Positions 1-12,842 of a stretch of DNA of 64,000 bases are shown here, one piece after another; within the stretch, counting starts at the first letter, position 1, and each line of letters opens with the position of its first letter. The stretch spans positions 16,988,001-17,052,000 of the forward strand of contig OZ024766.1 in the NCBI GenBank assembly GCA_964016885.1, read 5' to 3'. Origin of the DNA: Eledone cirrhosa. Its lineage: Eukaryota. The notes under the pieces were generated by a model that saw only the letters and a list, made by a program, of their open reading frames with translations, did not search any database and was not told the DNA's origin. The position numbers and the translations under genes are program-made.

Positions 1-370
1 CTACTACCACTACTGTTACTACTACTGTTACTGCTACTACCACCACTACTACTGCTGCTACTGTTACTACTACTACCACCACTACTACTGCTGCTGCTGC
101 TGCTACTACTACTGTTACTACCACCACTACTGTTACTACCACCACTACTGTTACTACCACCACTACTACTACTACTAGTGTTGTTGCTACTACTACTACT
201 ACTGCTACTACTACTACCACCACCACCACTGATGTTACTGCTACCACCACTACTACTGCCACCACCACTACTACCACCACCACCACAACTACTATTACTA
301 CCACTACTATCACTACCACCACTACCACAATTAATACTACTGCTCCTGTCTATGATGATGATGATGATAA
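1..370. repeat. (CTA/CCA/CTG)n trinucleotide microsatellite
   Basis: Direct reading; explains the poly-L/P ORF 178..417. Confidence 0.95.
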
Positions 371-539
371 GTGAACTAGTGTACTATAGTCATAGTAACT
401 ATAAAAACTTAATCTAATACATACCATCATCTTGTCACCATGGTTTCATCAACAAAACAATATAGAGTTGATTTAACTGGGCTTTTGCTGCTATTTCTAG
501 CGTCATTATAAGCCTGTCGTACTGTCCTGTTATATTATA

Positions 540-1590
540 CTAGCAATGGTACCCGGCGTTGCACGGTATAAGGTATTGAGAAATATATAACCGCCTTAGC
601 TAAGCTTAGTATTGCCACAACCACGGCTGGCAAAGAAGTAAGGGTATGGTGGTACGTAAGTAAGCAACACTGTGGCTTAAAACGTGAGGAAGAAGTTGTG
701 TGCACTTACCAACTGTTTGGGGAGTGAGTGTGAGATTTGTCTTGAGCAAGGGTGGCAGAATAACCGGAGGCAGCAGACAGCCAAATGTTATAAGCTTAGT
801 ATTGCCACAACCACGGCTGGCAAAGAAGTAAGGGTCTGGTGGTACGTAAGTAAGCAACACTGTGGCTTAAAACGTGAGGAAGAAGTTGTGTGCACTCACC
901 ATCTGTTTGGGGAATGAGTGTGAGATTTGTCTTGAGCAAGGGTGGCAGAATAACCGGAGGCAGCAGACAGCCAGACAGATATAAGCTTAGTATTGTCACA
1001 ACCTCGGCTAGCAAAGAAGTAAGGGTCTGGTGGTACGTAAGTAAGCAACACTGTGGCTTAAAACGTGAGGAAGAAGTTGTGTGCACTTACCAACTGTTTG
1101 GGGAATGAGTGTGAGATTTGTCTTGAGCAAGGGTGGCAGAATAACCGGAGGCAGCAGACAGCCAGACATACAGACAGATATTATAAGGGCGTGTTTTGGA
1201 CGCAGAGGGAATTGTGGGAAGTGATGTAATGCAGACAGCCAGACATACAGACAGATATTATAAGGGCGCGTTTTGGACGCAGAGGCAATTGTGGGAAGTG
1301 ACGTAATGCAGACAGCCAGACATACAGACAGATATTATAAGGGCTCGACGTTATATGTATGTATCTATCTAAAAAGAGAAAGACTAAGAATTATAGAGAG
1401 AGATCGCTAAATCGCCTAATGCGGTCCCTAGGGCATTGAAAATTTGAAATCTTTTTTGCTCATAACACTCCCTGAAATATAAGTATTACATGTGTAAAGT
1501 TTGAAAACAGTCGGTTGGGTGGTTCTCGAGTTTTAGGGATTCAAACTCACACACACACAGACAGACATCCTTAGTTTTATATATATATAT
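540..1590 (-). mobile_element. Non-autonomous Helitron-like element with internal tandem repeats
   Basis: Minus strand begins (TA)n-AAAACTAAGG with GTCT/GT repeats and ends CCGTGCAACGCCGGGTACCATTG-CTAG|T, i.e. a GC hairpin followed by the CTAG 3' terminus typical of Helitrons. Confidence 0.7.
601..1345. repeat. About 190-bp x3 and about 81-bp x2-3 tandem repeats inside the Helitron-like element
   Basis: TAAGCTTAGTATTG recurs at 601, 791 and 982; CAGACAGCCAGACATACAGACAGATATTATAAGGGC occurs three times. Confidence 0.9.
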
Positions 1591-1659
1591 GGTGTGGTCA
1601 GCAATTCCTGCAGATTTCTTCCAGAGAGAGATAGAAAGTGAGAGAGGGGAAATGAGAAA

Positions 1660-2000
1660 GAGATATAGAGGAAGAATCTACCCCAGTACAACACTGGTAC
1701 TTTTTATATCTACCTCAAAAGATATAGAGGAAGAATCTACCCCAGTACAACACCGGTATTTTTTATATCTACCTCGAAAGATAGAGAGGAAATAAGAGAG
1801 AGATATAGAGAGAAGAATCTACCCCAGTACAACACTGGTACTTTTTATATCAACCTCGAAAGATAGAGAGGAAATAAGAAAGAGATATAGAGGAAGAATC
1901 TACCCCAGTACAACACTGGTACTTTTTATATCAACCTCGAAAGATAGAGAGGAAATGAGAGAGAGATATAGAGGAAGAATCTACCCCAGTACAACACTGG
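1660..2000. repeat. 60-82 bp tandem repeat x5, probably derived from a degenerate SINE
   Basis: GAAGAATCTACCCCAGTACAACACTGGTACT recurs five times and resembles the ACCCCAGT..CTGGTACT segment of the local SINE. Confidence 0.75.
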
Positions 2001-2175
2001 GAATGTCTGAGGCTGGAGGTAGGGGCTTGATATTAGTCCAGCCCCACTTTTTGGAACACTTCAAAAGGCACGCTTGCTGGGAACAGCAACAACCCTCTGA
2101 AACGTCCGGAATGTCTGAGGCTGGAGGTAGGGGCTTGATATTCATTTCAACAAACTTTCCAGTTAAATAACATCA
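1999..2175 (-). pseudogene. Putative rhabdovirus glycoprotein N-terminal (fusion-loop region) fragment
   Basis: Minus strand reads VEMNIKPLPPASDIPDVSEGCCCSQQACLLKCSKKWGWTNIK, with the G-x2-C-x8-C-x3-W spacing of VSV G GWMCHASKWVTTCDFRW (recalled); about 35-bp internal duplication at 1999 and 2108. Confidence 0.4.
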
Positions 2176-2204
2176 ATGACTGAGACTCAAAGAATAATAT
2201 TAAT

Positions 2205-2632
2205 AACAATAATTGTTTCTACTTTAGGGGGCACAAGGCCAGCAATTACCCCAGTGTATTACTGGTACTTTATTTTATCGACCCTGTAGTAATTGTTTCT
2301 ACTTTTGGGGGGCACAAGGCCAGCAATTACCCCCGTGTATTACTGGTACTTTATTTTACCGACCCCGTAATAATTGTTTCTACTTTAGGCACAAGGCCAG
2401 CAATTACCCCAGTGTATTACTGGTACTTTATTTTATCGACCCCGTAATAATTGTTTCTACTTTAGGCACAAGGCCAGCAATTACCCCAGTGTATTACTGG
2501 TACTTTATTTTATCGACCCTGTAATAACTGTTTCTACTTTAGGCACAAGGCCAGCAATTACCCCAGTGTATTACTGGTACTTTATTTTACCGACCCCGTA
2601 ATAACTGTTTCTACTTTTGGGGGCACAAGCCG
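2205..2632 (-). repeat. Tandem array (about 5.5 x 77-81 bp) of the SINE 3' segment
   Basis: Unit TGTTTCTACTTT..GGCACAAGGCCAGCAATTACCCCAGTGTATTACTGGTACTTTATTTTATCGACCC matches the 3' part of the SINE at 53010. Confidence 0.9.
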
Positions 2633-2798
2633 AGATTATTTGTAGTTGTCTGTCTTCCTTTCATCACCATGTGCCGGCAGGGTAGGGGGCCCATTTGTAC
2701 TTTTATTCCTAGTGAGTGGTCGTGTAGGTAGGGGCCCCCAGTGCTCTGCTTTACTCGGGGGGGGGGGGGTCCTATAATGCTGCAAAGAAGGCCTTAGT

Positions 2799-3005
2799 TT
2801 ACAGTTCGTGCAATGGTTCTTCCATCATGTTCCATGCTGGTGTCCGAGCAGGATCACTCATAATGGAAGCTTCAGGAAATATTTTTAATTTGTTCTTTTG
2901 CCGATTGAAATGACGCAGTGTAGGGGGGGGGGGGTCAAGTGAGGGCCCCCTCCCCCCGGACCTCATCCCTACTGATATGATAGGTTTGTCGTAGACCCTG
3001 TAGTA
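2799..3005 (-). pseudogene. Possible rhabdovirus glycoprotein C-terminal ectodomain fragment
   Basis: YYRVYDKPIISVGMRSG resembles VSV G YIRVDIAAPILSRMVGMISG (recalled), followed by KIFP..MEEPLH; weak similarity. Confidence 0.3.
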
Positions 3006-3011
3006 GTGGAG

Positions 3012-3350
3012 ACTACAACAACCACAACAACAACAACAACAGTAACAACAACAACAACAACAACAACAGTAACAACAACAGTAACAACAACCACCACAAC
3101 CACAGCCACAACAGCAACAACAACCACAAGAACAACAACAAAACAACAACTACAACCACAACAACAAAACAACAACCACAACAACAAAACAACCACAACA
3201 ACAACAACCACCACAACCACAACCACCACCACAACCACAACCACCACAGCCACCACCACAACAACCACCACAACAACAACAACAACCAACACAACCACAA
3301 CCAGCACAACCACAACAAGCACAACCACAACAACAGTAACAACAACCACA
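3012..3350. repeat. (ACA/ACC)n microsatellite
   Basis: Direct reading. Confidence 0.95.
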
Positions 3351-3461
3351 TATTTACAGTCATGGAATAAGATAAAAAAAAATAAACAAAAACTAGTGAT
3401 GGAAATATATTTGAAATTTTTAATTTGTATTTTTATAAACATTTTGGTATAATTACACACT

Positions 3462-3500
3462 CACACATATATATATACATACATACATACATAGACATCC

Positions 3501-3531
<31 letters not shown>

Positions 3532-3724
3532 CATACATACACAAACGCATTCATACAAAACACACACACACATATATATATACATACATACATACATACA
3601 TACATACATACATACATACATAGACATCCATATGTGTATATATATATATATATACATATATACACAAACGCATTCATACAAAAAACACACACACATATAT
3701 ATATACATACATACATAGACATCC

Positions 3725-3781
<57 letters not shown>

Positions 3782-3927
3782 TACACAAACACATTCATAC
3801 AAAACACACACACATATATATATACACACAAACGCATTCATACAAAACACACACATATATATATAGTTATATATATATACATCCATCCATATGTATATAT
3901 ATATATATATACACAAACGCATTAATA

Positions 3928-3970
<43 letters not shown>
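3462..3970. repeat. Compound TA/TACA microsatellite with about 120-bp higher-order duplication
   Basis: ACAAACGCATTCATACAAAACAC recurs four to five times. Confidence 0.9.
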
Positions 3971-3971
<1 letters not shown>

Positions 3972-4317
3972 GTGTGTGGGTATATATGTAAGTATATACA
4001 TACCTAGAGGCATAGTAAATCAAATTACAATATACTGATTCTGTAGGGGTGGGGCAAAATGATTTTGGGGTAGATGATATTTGGGGGAATGATTTGAAAA
4101 CATGGATTAAGGATGTGTATATGTATATATATGTATATATATATACGAGGTGTGTCAGAAAAGTTCCAGGACTGATGTCACAAAAGATTTATTTCAAACC
4201 CAAACTTCACACTAAGAGTTTTCTCCTTCAAAGTAATCCCCCTGGAGTATGTAACTGTAATCTTAGCTCTCTGTAGCGATCAAACTTTTTTCTTCATAAT
4301 TTTATATACATGTCCTT

Positions 4318-5282
<965 letters not shown>

Positions 5283-5623
5283 TGTGAAGTTTGGGTTTGA
5301 AATAAATCTTTTGCGACATCAGTCCTGGAACTTTTCTGTGACACCTCGTATATATATATACAGATATATATATATTGTAGGGGGTGATTTAAACATTTTG
5401 GAGTTCATATATTCTACTCCAGAGCCCAATATTGTCAACATAGAAGATAACAGATGTGAGTCTATATATATGTGTATATATATATCTATATATCTATATA
5501 TATATATAGATAGATAAATATATACGGGTGTGTATGATTGTGTATAGAAGATTATATTAATAAGAGGAATTCCAACTTTGTCTGATTTACTCGTTTTATT
5601 TACAATCCTTTAAAATTTATAAT

Positions 5624-5796
5624 TGTTTCTACTTTAGGCACAAGGCCAGCAGTTACCCAGTGCATTACTGGTACTTTATTTTATCGACCCTGTAAGGATG
5701 AAAGGCAAAGTCAACCTCGGCGGGATTTGAACTCAGATCGTAAAGGGACGTAACTATGCTGGAAAGCATGGCGTCCGACCCTCTACCGATACTGCC
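5624..5796 (-). mobile_element. tRNA-derived Nin-type SINE inserted in the EVE left arm
   Basis: Box B GTTCAAATCC; GCCTTTCATCC..GGTCGATAAA core; TSD ATTTATAAT at 5615 and 5797; empty site visible in the right arm near 10710-10725. Confidence 0.9.
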
Positions 5797-5805
5797 ATTT
5801 ATAAT

Positions 5806-6603
5806 GGTATTAGAATGAAGTAGTATGATAGAATATTAAATTCTAAGTGTTAATTGAACGCCATCTTGAAAGAAGGATTGGAGCACAATTTCGCAATATC
5901 TTGTCTAAATTGTTGCTCTGTTTTAGCCCAAAATGAGTCAAGTTTAATAAGATGATTGGTTTAGAGCACAATTTTGTAATATCTTGTCTAAATTGCTGTT
6001 CTGTTTTACCCCCAAATGAGTCAAGTTTAATAAGATGATTGGTTTAGAGCCCAATTTCGTAATATCTTGTCTAAATTGCTGCTCTGTTTTACCCCAAAAT
6101 GAGTCGAGTTTAATAAGATCACTCTTATATGTTACGAAGTGGCAGGCAGCCACTGCAATACCAAGATTGACTCCTAGCAAGTGATATTCAGGGATGAGTT
6201 TACCCCTCAAGGACAAGGGAAAAATAGAATCTTCATAACAGTCACTTATGATTTTATGACTAGATGCTCCCGATATTAATCCTTGAGAGAACCCTATGTG
6301 AAAAGATTTCTCTCTATTCGACACTTTATTCCAATCGCCCACCTCTATAGCCACATAATCATGAATCTCTAGAGGAATTAAAGACAAGGAAGGGGGTTAG
6401 TTTGGCCATTGTCTGCGATCTATCGGGGAGAGTTACCTCCACAGCACTCTCAACAGAAAATGGTTCTACTTTTATTATACAGCTGGAGCATTTGATGTGG
6501 AAGTGGTGATTTATAACAGAGACGTGGGGATAGCAAGTTATGAAGAATGCTCACTGTCTGGGCATATATCAATGACGATTGATACATGTATGTATAATCG
6601 TTA
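5806..6603 (-). pseudogene. Rhabdovirus-like L fragment (end of capping domain and connector), left arm
   Basis: HHFHIKCSSC (VSV HYHIACKSC, recalled); DWNKVSNREKSFHIGFSQG..EDSIFPLSLRGK..LLGVNLGIAVAAC (VSV EQSYQVGRCIG..DSSLFPLSIQGR..GLLDGLMRASC, recalled). Confidence 0.9.
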
Positions 6604-6659
6604 TTTATAATCGTTTATAATCGTTTATTAACACAGCTGGAGCATTTATAGTTAACATT

Positions 6660-7265
6660 TATAGTGCTCGAGTCAGAATTTAGAGTTAAGAAGCGGTGGT
6701 TTATAGATGAACAAAAACTCTCAACGGATCACATATTGAAATCATATATCATTGACCAAATATGGCCTAATGCCAGAGTATTAAAGCAACTGGAATCACG
6801 AATCATGGAAATACAGCTTTTAAAGGTCTTAAGATGTGGGAATCTCACCTAGATTCACATCAACATGGTGTGCTCTAAATTCCAAAGAGTTTGGATCAAA
6901 TGAGCCCTACATTAAACTATGTGAATTCTATGTGACTCCCTGATCACGAATCATGGAAACACAGCTTATAAAGGTCTTAAGATGTGGGAATCTCACCTAG
7001 ATTCACATCAACATGGTGTGCTCTAAATTCCAAAGAGTTTGGATCAAATGAGCCCTACATTAAACTATGTGAATTCTATGAATCAGGTGACTCCCTGATC
7101 ACGAATCATGGAAACACAGCTTATAAAGGTCTTAAGTTGTGGGAATCTCACTGTGTGGATGCCATGGAGAAGCTGGCTTCTGAGGTGGTTCCTGAAATCC
7201 CTCCTTTCAAGAAGTTCAGTGAGCACCTGGTGAGATCACAAAAGAAATTGGCCCACTTGTACGGA
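6660..7265 (+). pseudogene. L fragments from the N-terminal RdRp region, out of order and partly triplicated
   Basis: VLESEFRVKKRWFIDEQKLSTDHILKSYIIDQIWP (VSV KKWFVN..DHPFKSHVKENTWP, recalled); HGNTAYKGLKLWESHC..KLASEVVPEIPPFKKFSEHL (VSV [35 protein letters not shown], recalled). Confidence 0.9.
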
Positions 7266-7269
7266 AATC

Positions 7270-8225
7270 ATTTCATTGAGAGATTCATTCTTCGGATGGA
7301 GGTTGAAACATCTAAGATTTACAGAAGAATCTAAAACCTCAGCAAGCAGAGCCGCGGCTTACGGAGATTCCAAGATGTTCCAGAGAGTAGAGACATTCTT
7401 CTGTTGATAGAACAACCCACAGAATCTCATGCTTGTCAAATGACCAAATTCCAAGTCTAGGGAACTTAATGTCCCCATTATCCACCGGAGTTATAACTCT
7501 TTGTCAACATTCTGACACAATAAGGGACCCCCTTGTCGTGGTTCATTATATATGCCCCATGGATAATCGTGTTACTTTCAGTGCATCACCCTTTATTGAG
7601 AGATTCATTCTTCGGATGGAGATTGAAACATCTAAGATTTACAGAAGAATCTAAAACCACAGCAAGCAGAGCTGCGGCTTACAGAGATTCCAAGATGTTC
7701 CAGAGAGTAGAGACATTCTTCTGTTGATAGAACAACCCACATCTTTGAATTTGAGGACAGGTGTTAGCTCTGAGAACATCTTAAGAAAAACAGTGCATAA
7801 GGGCTTCATAGACAACATCGACGAGATAAAGAATGAACTTTTTAAAGAGGCACTTATCGCTGAGAGAGCCGATGCATCATTTGTTGCTACCAAGATGTTC
7901 GGTAGAAGTTTACAATTCATGGTTAAAGGAATATTCTTGGATCCTTCCTTAGGTGGAGTCTGTGGAATGGCGCCTTCTAGGCTTTTAATAAGAGGTTTTC
8001 CATATCCTGTCACAGAGTCTCTGCATTTTTGGAAAGTTGTCTATGAATGTCATCCAAATCAAGAGATAAAGCAGATAGCATTAGACTGTGGTAACCCTAC
8101 CATAGGTGGGCCAGAGAGTAGAGATTCTTCTGTTGATAGAACAACCCACATCTTTGAATTTGAGGAGAGGATTTAGCTCCGAGAACATCTTAAGAAAAAC
8201 AGTACATAAGGGCCTCATAGATTTG
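7270..8225 (+). pseudogene. L fragments from just downstream of the catalytic motifs, scrambled
   Basis: SNDQIPSLGNLMS..STG; HHPLLR; FLDPSLGGVCGMAPSRLLIRGFPYPVTESLHFW..GNP (VSV [33 protein letters not shown], recalled); IEQPTSLNLRTGVSSENILRK. Confidence 0.95.
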
Positions 8226-8259
8226 CTCACAGGATTAATATCGTATTCACTTCAAACTG

Positions 8260-8372
8260 TTTACATTCATCTGAGGATATGATAGAATTCAAAAACCCTA
8301 TAAACAACCACGCAGGGCTATCACAATTTATCTACAACTCAAAAAAGTTTTCCCCAATAAGAACTCACGCAT
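8260..8372 (+). pseudogene. Possible L extreme N-terminus fragment
   Basis: EFKNPINNHAGLSQFIYNS..SPI resembles VSV [23 protein letters not shown] (recalled). Confidence 0.4.
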
Positions 8373-8373
8373 A

Positions 8374-9050
8374 TGCTGTGTGCAGGAGAGGCGGTTGCGC
8401 TGGTATGGACATGTGATGCGTATGAAGGATGACAGCTGCATAAAAAGGTGCAGCGCACTAGAAGTCGATGGAAACCGCGGAGTGGGGAGACCCAAGATGA
8501 CCTGGGATGAGGTGATAAAAGCCGACCTTACCCAATTACACCTCTCAAAGGCGATGACACACGACCGTGACCTCTGGCGTCACGCAGTAATACAGAGTAC
8601 CCGACCTCCCATGGGTACAAGCTGAAGCATAGAAACAATATGCCCCCACACCCCCCCACTGCAAGGTGGTCGTGGAGGTGCCACGGCAAAAAAGCACCCA
8701 GCCCACACTGTAAAGTGGATGTGTAGGCACCACGAAAAAGCACCCAGCACTCACTGTAAAGTGGTCGTGGAGGTGCCATGACAAAAAAGCACCCAGCACT
8801 CACTGTAAAGTGGACGTGTAGGCGCCACGAAAAAGCACCCAGCCCTCACTGTAAAGTGGACGTGTAGGCGCCACGAAAAAGCACCCAGCACACACTGTAA
8901 ATGAGGTTGGTGTTAGGAAGGGCATCCAGCTGTAGAAATCAAGCCAGATCAGTTCCTGTATGAGCAAGGCATGGTCAGCCGACCAGACACTGCACACAAC
9001 AGGACAACCCGTCTAACCCATGCTAGCGTGGAAGAACGGACGTAAAACAG

Positions 9051-9083
<33 letters not shown>
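8374..9083 (+). mobile_element. 5'-truncated RTE-clade element: ORF end, about 5 x 49-bp units and (GAT)n tail, inserted in the EVE
   Basis: ERRLRWYGHVMRM..RGVGRPKMTWDEVIKADL..DRDLWR is the typical RTE ORF C-terminus. Confidence 0.92.
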
Positions 9084-9247
9084 CATCATGAATGAACCAA
9101 AAAGCGGAGTGAAATATGTGGAGGGTTAGCGAGTGCTTATTTTGACCACGTCACATGCACTTCATTCCCGTGTTTTGATATTGATAGATTCGACTGGATG
9201 AATTACCCTAAAACAACCCGAAGGGAAATCAACATGAATGTATAATC

Positions 9248-9820
9248 TAACGATTATACATACATGTCTCAATCGTCATTGATATACACCCAGACAGTGA
9301 GCATTCTTCATAACTTGCTATCCCCACGTCTCTGTTATAAATCACCACTTCCACATCAAATGCTCCAGCTGTATAATAAAACGAGAACCATTTTCTGTTG
9401 AGAGTGCTGTGGAGGTAACTCTCCCTGATAGATCGCAGACAATGGCCAAACTAACCCCCTTCCTTGTCTTTAATTCCTCTAGAGATTCATGATTATGTGG
9501 CTATAGAGGTGGGCGATTGGAATAAAGTGTCGAATAGAGAGAAATCTTTTCACATAGGGTTTTCACATAGGGTTCTCTCAAGGATTCATGTCTCAAGGAT
9601 TCTAGTCATAAAATCATATGATACTTCTATTTTTTCGTTGTCCTTGAGGGGTCAACTGATCCCTGATTATCATTTGCTAGGAGTCAATCTTGGTATTGCA
9701 GTGGCTGCCTGCCACTTCGTAACATATAAGAGTGATCTTATTAAACTCGACTCATTTTGGGCTAAAACCGAGCAACAATTTAGACAAGATATTACGAAAT
9801 TGTGCTCTAAACCAATCATC
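9248..9820 (+). pseudogene. L fragment (end of capping domain and connector), right arm
   Basis: NDYTYMSQSSLIYTQ, HHFHIKCSSC, and ORF 9464..9910, which parallels 5944..6387. Confidence 0.9.
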
Positions 9821-10637
9821 TTATTAAACTCAAATCATTTTGGGCTAAAACAGAACAACAATTTAGACAAGATATTACGAAATTGGGCTCTAAACCAATC
9901 ATCTTATTAAACTCAAATCATTTTGGGCTAAAACCGAGCAGCAATTTAGACAAGATATTATGAAATTGGGCTCTAAACCAATCATCTTATTAAACTCAAA
10001 TCATTTTGGGCTAAAGCAGAACAACAATTTAGACAAGATATTACGAAATTGGGCTCTAAACCAATCATCTTATTAAACTCAAATCATTTTGGGCTAAAAC
10101 CGAGCAGCAATTTAGACAAGATATTATGAAATTGGGCTCTAAACCAATCATCTTATTAAACTCAAATCATTTTGGGCTAAAACCGAGCAGCAATTTAGAC
10201 AAGATATTACGAAATTGTGCTCTAAACCAATCATCTTATTAAACTCAAATCATTTTGGGCTAAAACCGAGCAGCAATTTAGACAAGATATTACGAAATTG
10301 TGCTCTAAACCAATCATCTTATTAAACTCAAATCATTTTGGGCTAAAACCGAGCAACAATTTAGACAAGATATTACGAAATTGTGCTCTAAACCAATAAT
10401 CTTATTAAACTCAAATCATTTTGGGCTAAAACAGAGCAACAATTTAGACAAGATATTACGAAATTGTGCTCTAAACCAATCATCTTATTAAACTCAAATC
10501 ATTTTGGGCTAAAACCGGGCAACAATTTAGACAAGATATTACGAAATTGTGCTCTAAACCAATCATCTTATTAAACTCAAATCATTTTGGGCTAAAACAG
10601 AACAGCAATTTAGACAAGATATTACGAAATTGTGCCC
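9738..10637 (+). repeat. 83-bp minisatellite x11 made from viral L sequence
   Basis: TTATTAAACTC recurs every 83 bp from 9738 to 10568; three copies in the left arm (about 5878-6118). Confidence 0.95.
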
Positions 10638-10778
10638 CAATCCTTCTTTCAAGATGGCGTTCAATTAACACTTAGAATTTAATATTCTATCATACTAGTT
10701 CATTCTAATACCATTATAAATTTTAAAGGATTGTAAATAAAACGAGTAAATCAGACAAAGTTGGAATTCCACTTATTA

Positions 10779-10779
<1 letters not shown>

Positions 10780-10809
<30 letters not shown>

Positions 10810-11720
10810 TATACATGCATACACAAATATATACATGCATATATATATATATATATAAAAATATATACATGCATACACATATATATATATAGATGCATAC
10901 ATATATACATACATATATATACATGTATATATACATACATATATATACATGTATATATACATACATATATATACATGTATATATACATACATATACATAC
11001 ATGTATATATACATACATATATATACATGTATATATACATACATGTATATACATGTATATATACATACATATATACATGTATATATACATACATATATAC
11101 ATGTATATATACATACATATATACATGTATATATACATACATATATACACATGTATATATATATATACATATACATGTATATATATATATACATATACAT
11201 GTATATATATATATACATACACATGTATATATATATATACATATACATGTATATATATATATATACATACATATATATATATATACATACATATATATAT
11301 ATATACATACATATATATATATATACATACATATATATATATATACATACATATACATGTATATATATATATACATACATATACATGTATATATATATAT
11401 ATATACATACATATACATGTATATATATATATACATACATATACATGTATATATATATATACATACATATACATGTATATATATATATACATACATACAT
11501 ACATACATATATATATATACATACATACATACATATATATATATACATACATACATACATACACATGTATATATATATATATACATATATACATATACAT
11601 GTATATATATATATATATATACATACATATACATGTATATATATATATACATATATACATGTATATATGTATATATATATACATATATACATATACATGT
11701 ATATATATATACATGTATAC

Positions 11721-11753
<33 letters not shown>

Positions 11754-11759
11754 CATACA

Positions 11760-11799
<40 letters not shown>

Positions 11800-11912
11800 C
11801 ATACATATACATATACATACATATACATACATATATATACATACATATACATACATATATATACATATATATACATACACATATATATATACATATACAT
11901 ACATATATATAC

Positions 11913-11967
<55 letters not shown>

Positions 11968-12031
11968 CACATATATATACATACATACACATATATATAC
12001 ATATATATACATACACACATATATATACATA

Positions 12032-12077
<46 letters not shown>

Positions 12078-12621
12078 CATATACATATATATACATACAT
12101 ACATATACATATATATACATACATACATACACATATATATACATACATACATATACATATATATACATACATACACATACATACATATACATATATATAT
12201 ACATACATACATACATATACATACATATAAAGATATACATACATACATATATACATATACATACATACACATATATATATACATACATACACATATATAT
12301 ATACATACATACACATACATATACATATATATACATAGACACATATACATACATGTATGTATGTATATATATACATATATATATATACATATACATATAC
12401 ATATATACATACATATACATATACATACATATATATATACATACATACATACATACATATATTTATACACACAAATATACAAAATAGCAACCAAAAAGAT
12501 GATTTTTAAAAAGTCCCAATAAACGTATTTTATATTTTTATAACAATGTAGCAGTAATATATTTATTTACAGTAATATATACACGCATACATGTGTGTAT
12601 ATATATATATATAACATACAG

Positions 12622-12656
<35 letters not shown>

Positions 12657-12718
12657 ACATACATGTGTTGTGTGTATATATATATATATATATACATACA
12701 CACAACACGTGTTATATA

Positions 12719-12757
<39 letters not shown>

Positions 12758-12810
12758 CAAGTGTTGTATATATATATATATACATACATATATATATATA
12801 ACAAGTGTTG

Positions 12811-12842
<32 letters not shown>

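Larger units (their letters stand above)
5553..10783. other. Endogenous viral element from a rhabdovirus-like L gene, arranged as a large inverted repeat
   Basis: 5553-6603 is the reverse complement of 9248-10783 apart from a SINE insertion and repeat copy number; multiple L motifs inside. Confidence 0.92.

Noticed and set aside
2655-2797. Possible hAT-like MITE end
   Set aside because: Only one putative terminus, with no partner or TSD
3006-3452. Mucin-like Thr-rich protein (also 26111-26800)
   Set aside because: Pure (ACA)n microsatellite open in all frames
5553-10783. Functional viral polymerase gene or viral contaminant
   Set aside because: Fragmented, frameshifted, scrambled, interrupted by host SINE and RTE insertions, and lacking the catalytic GDN motif
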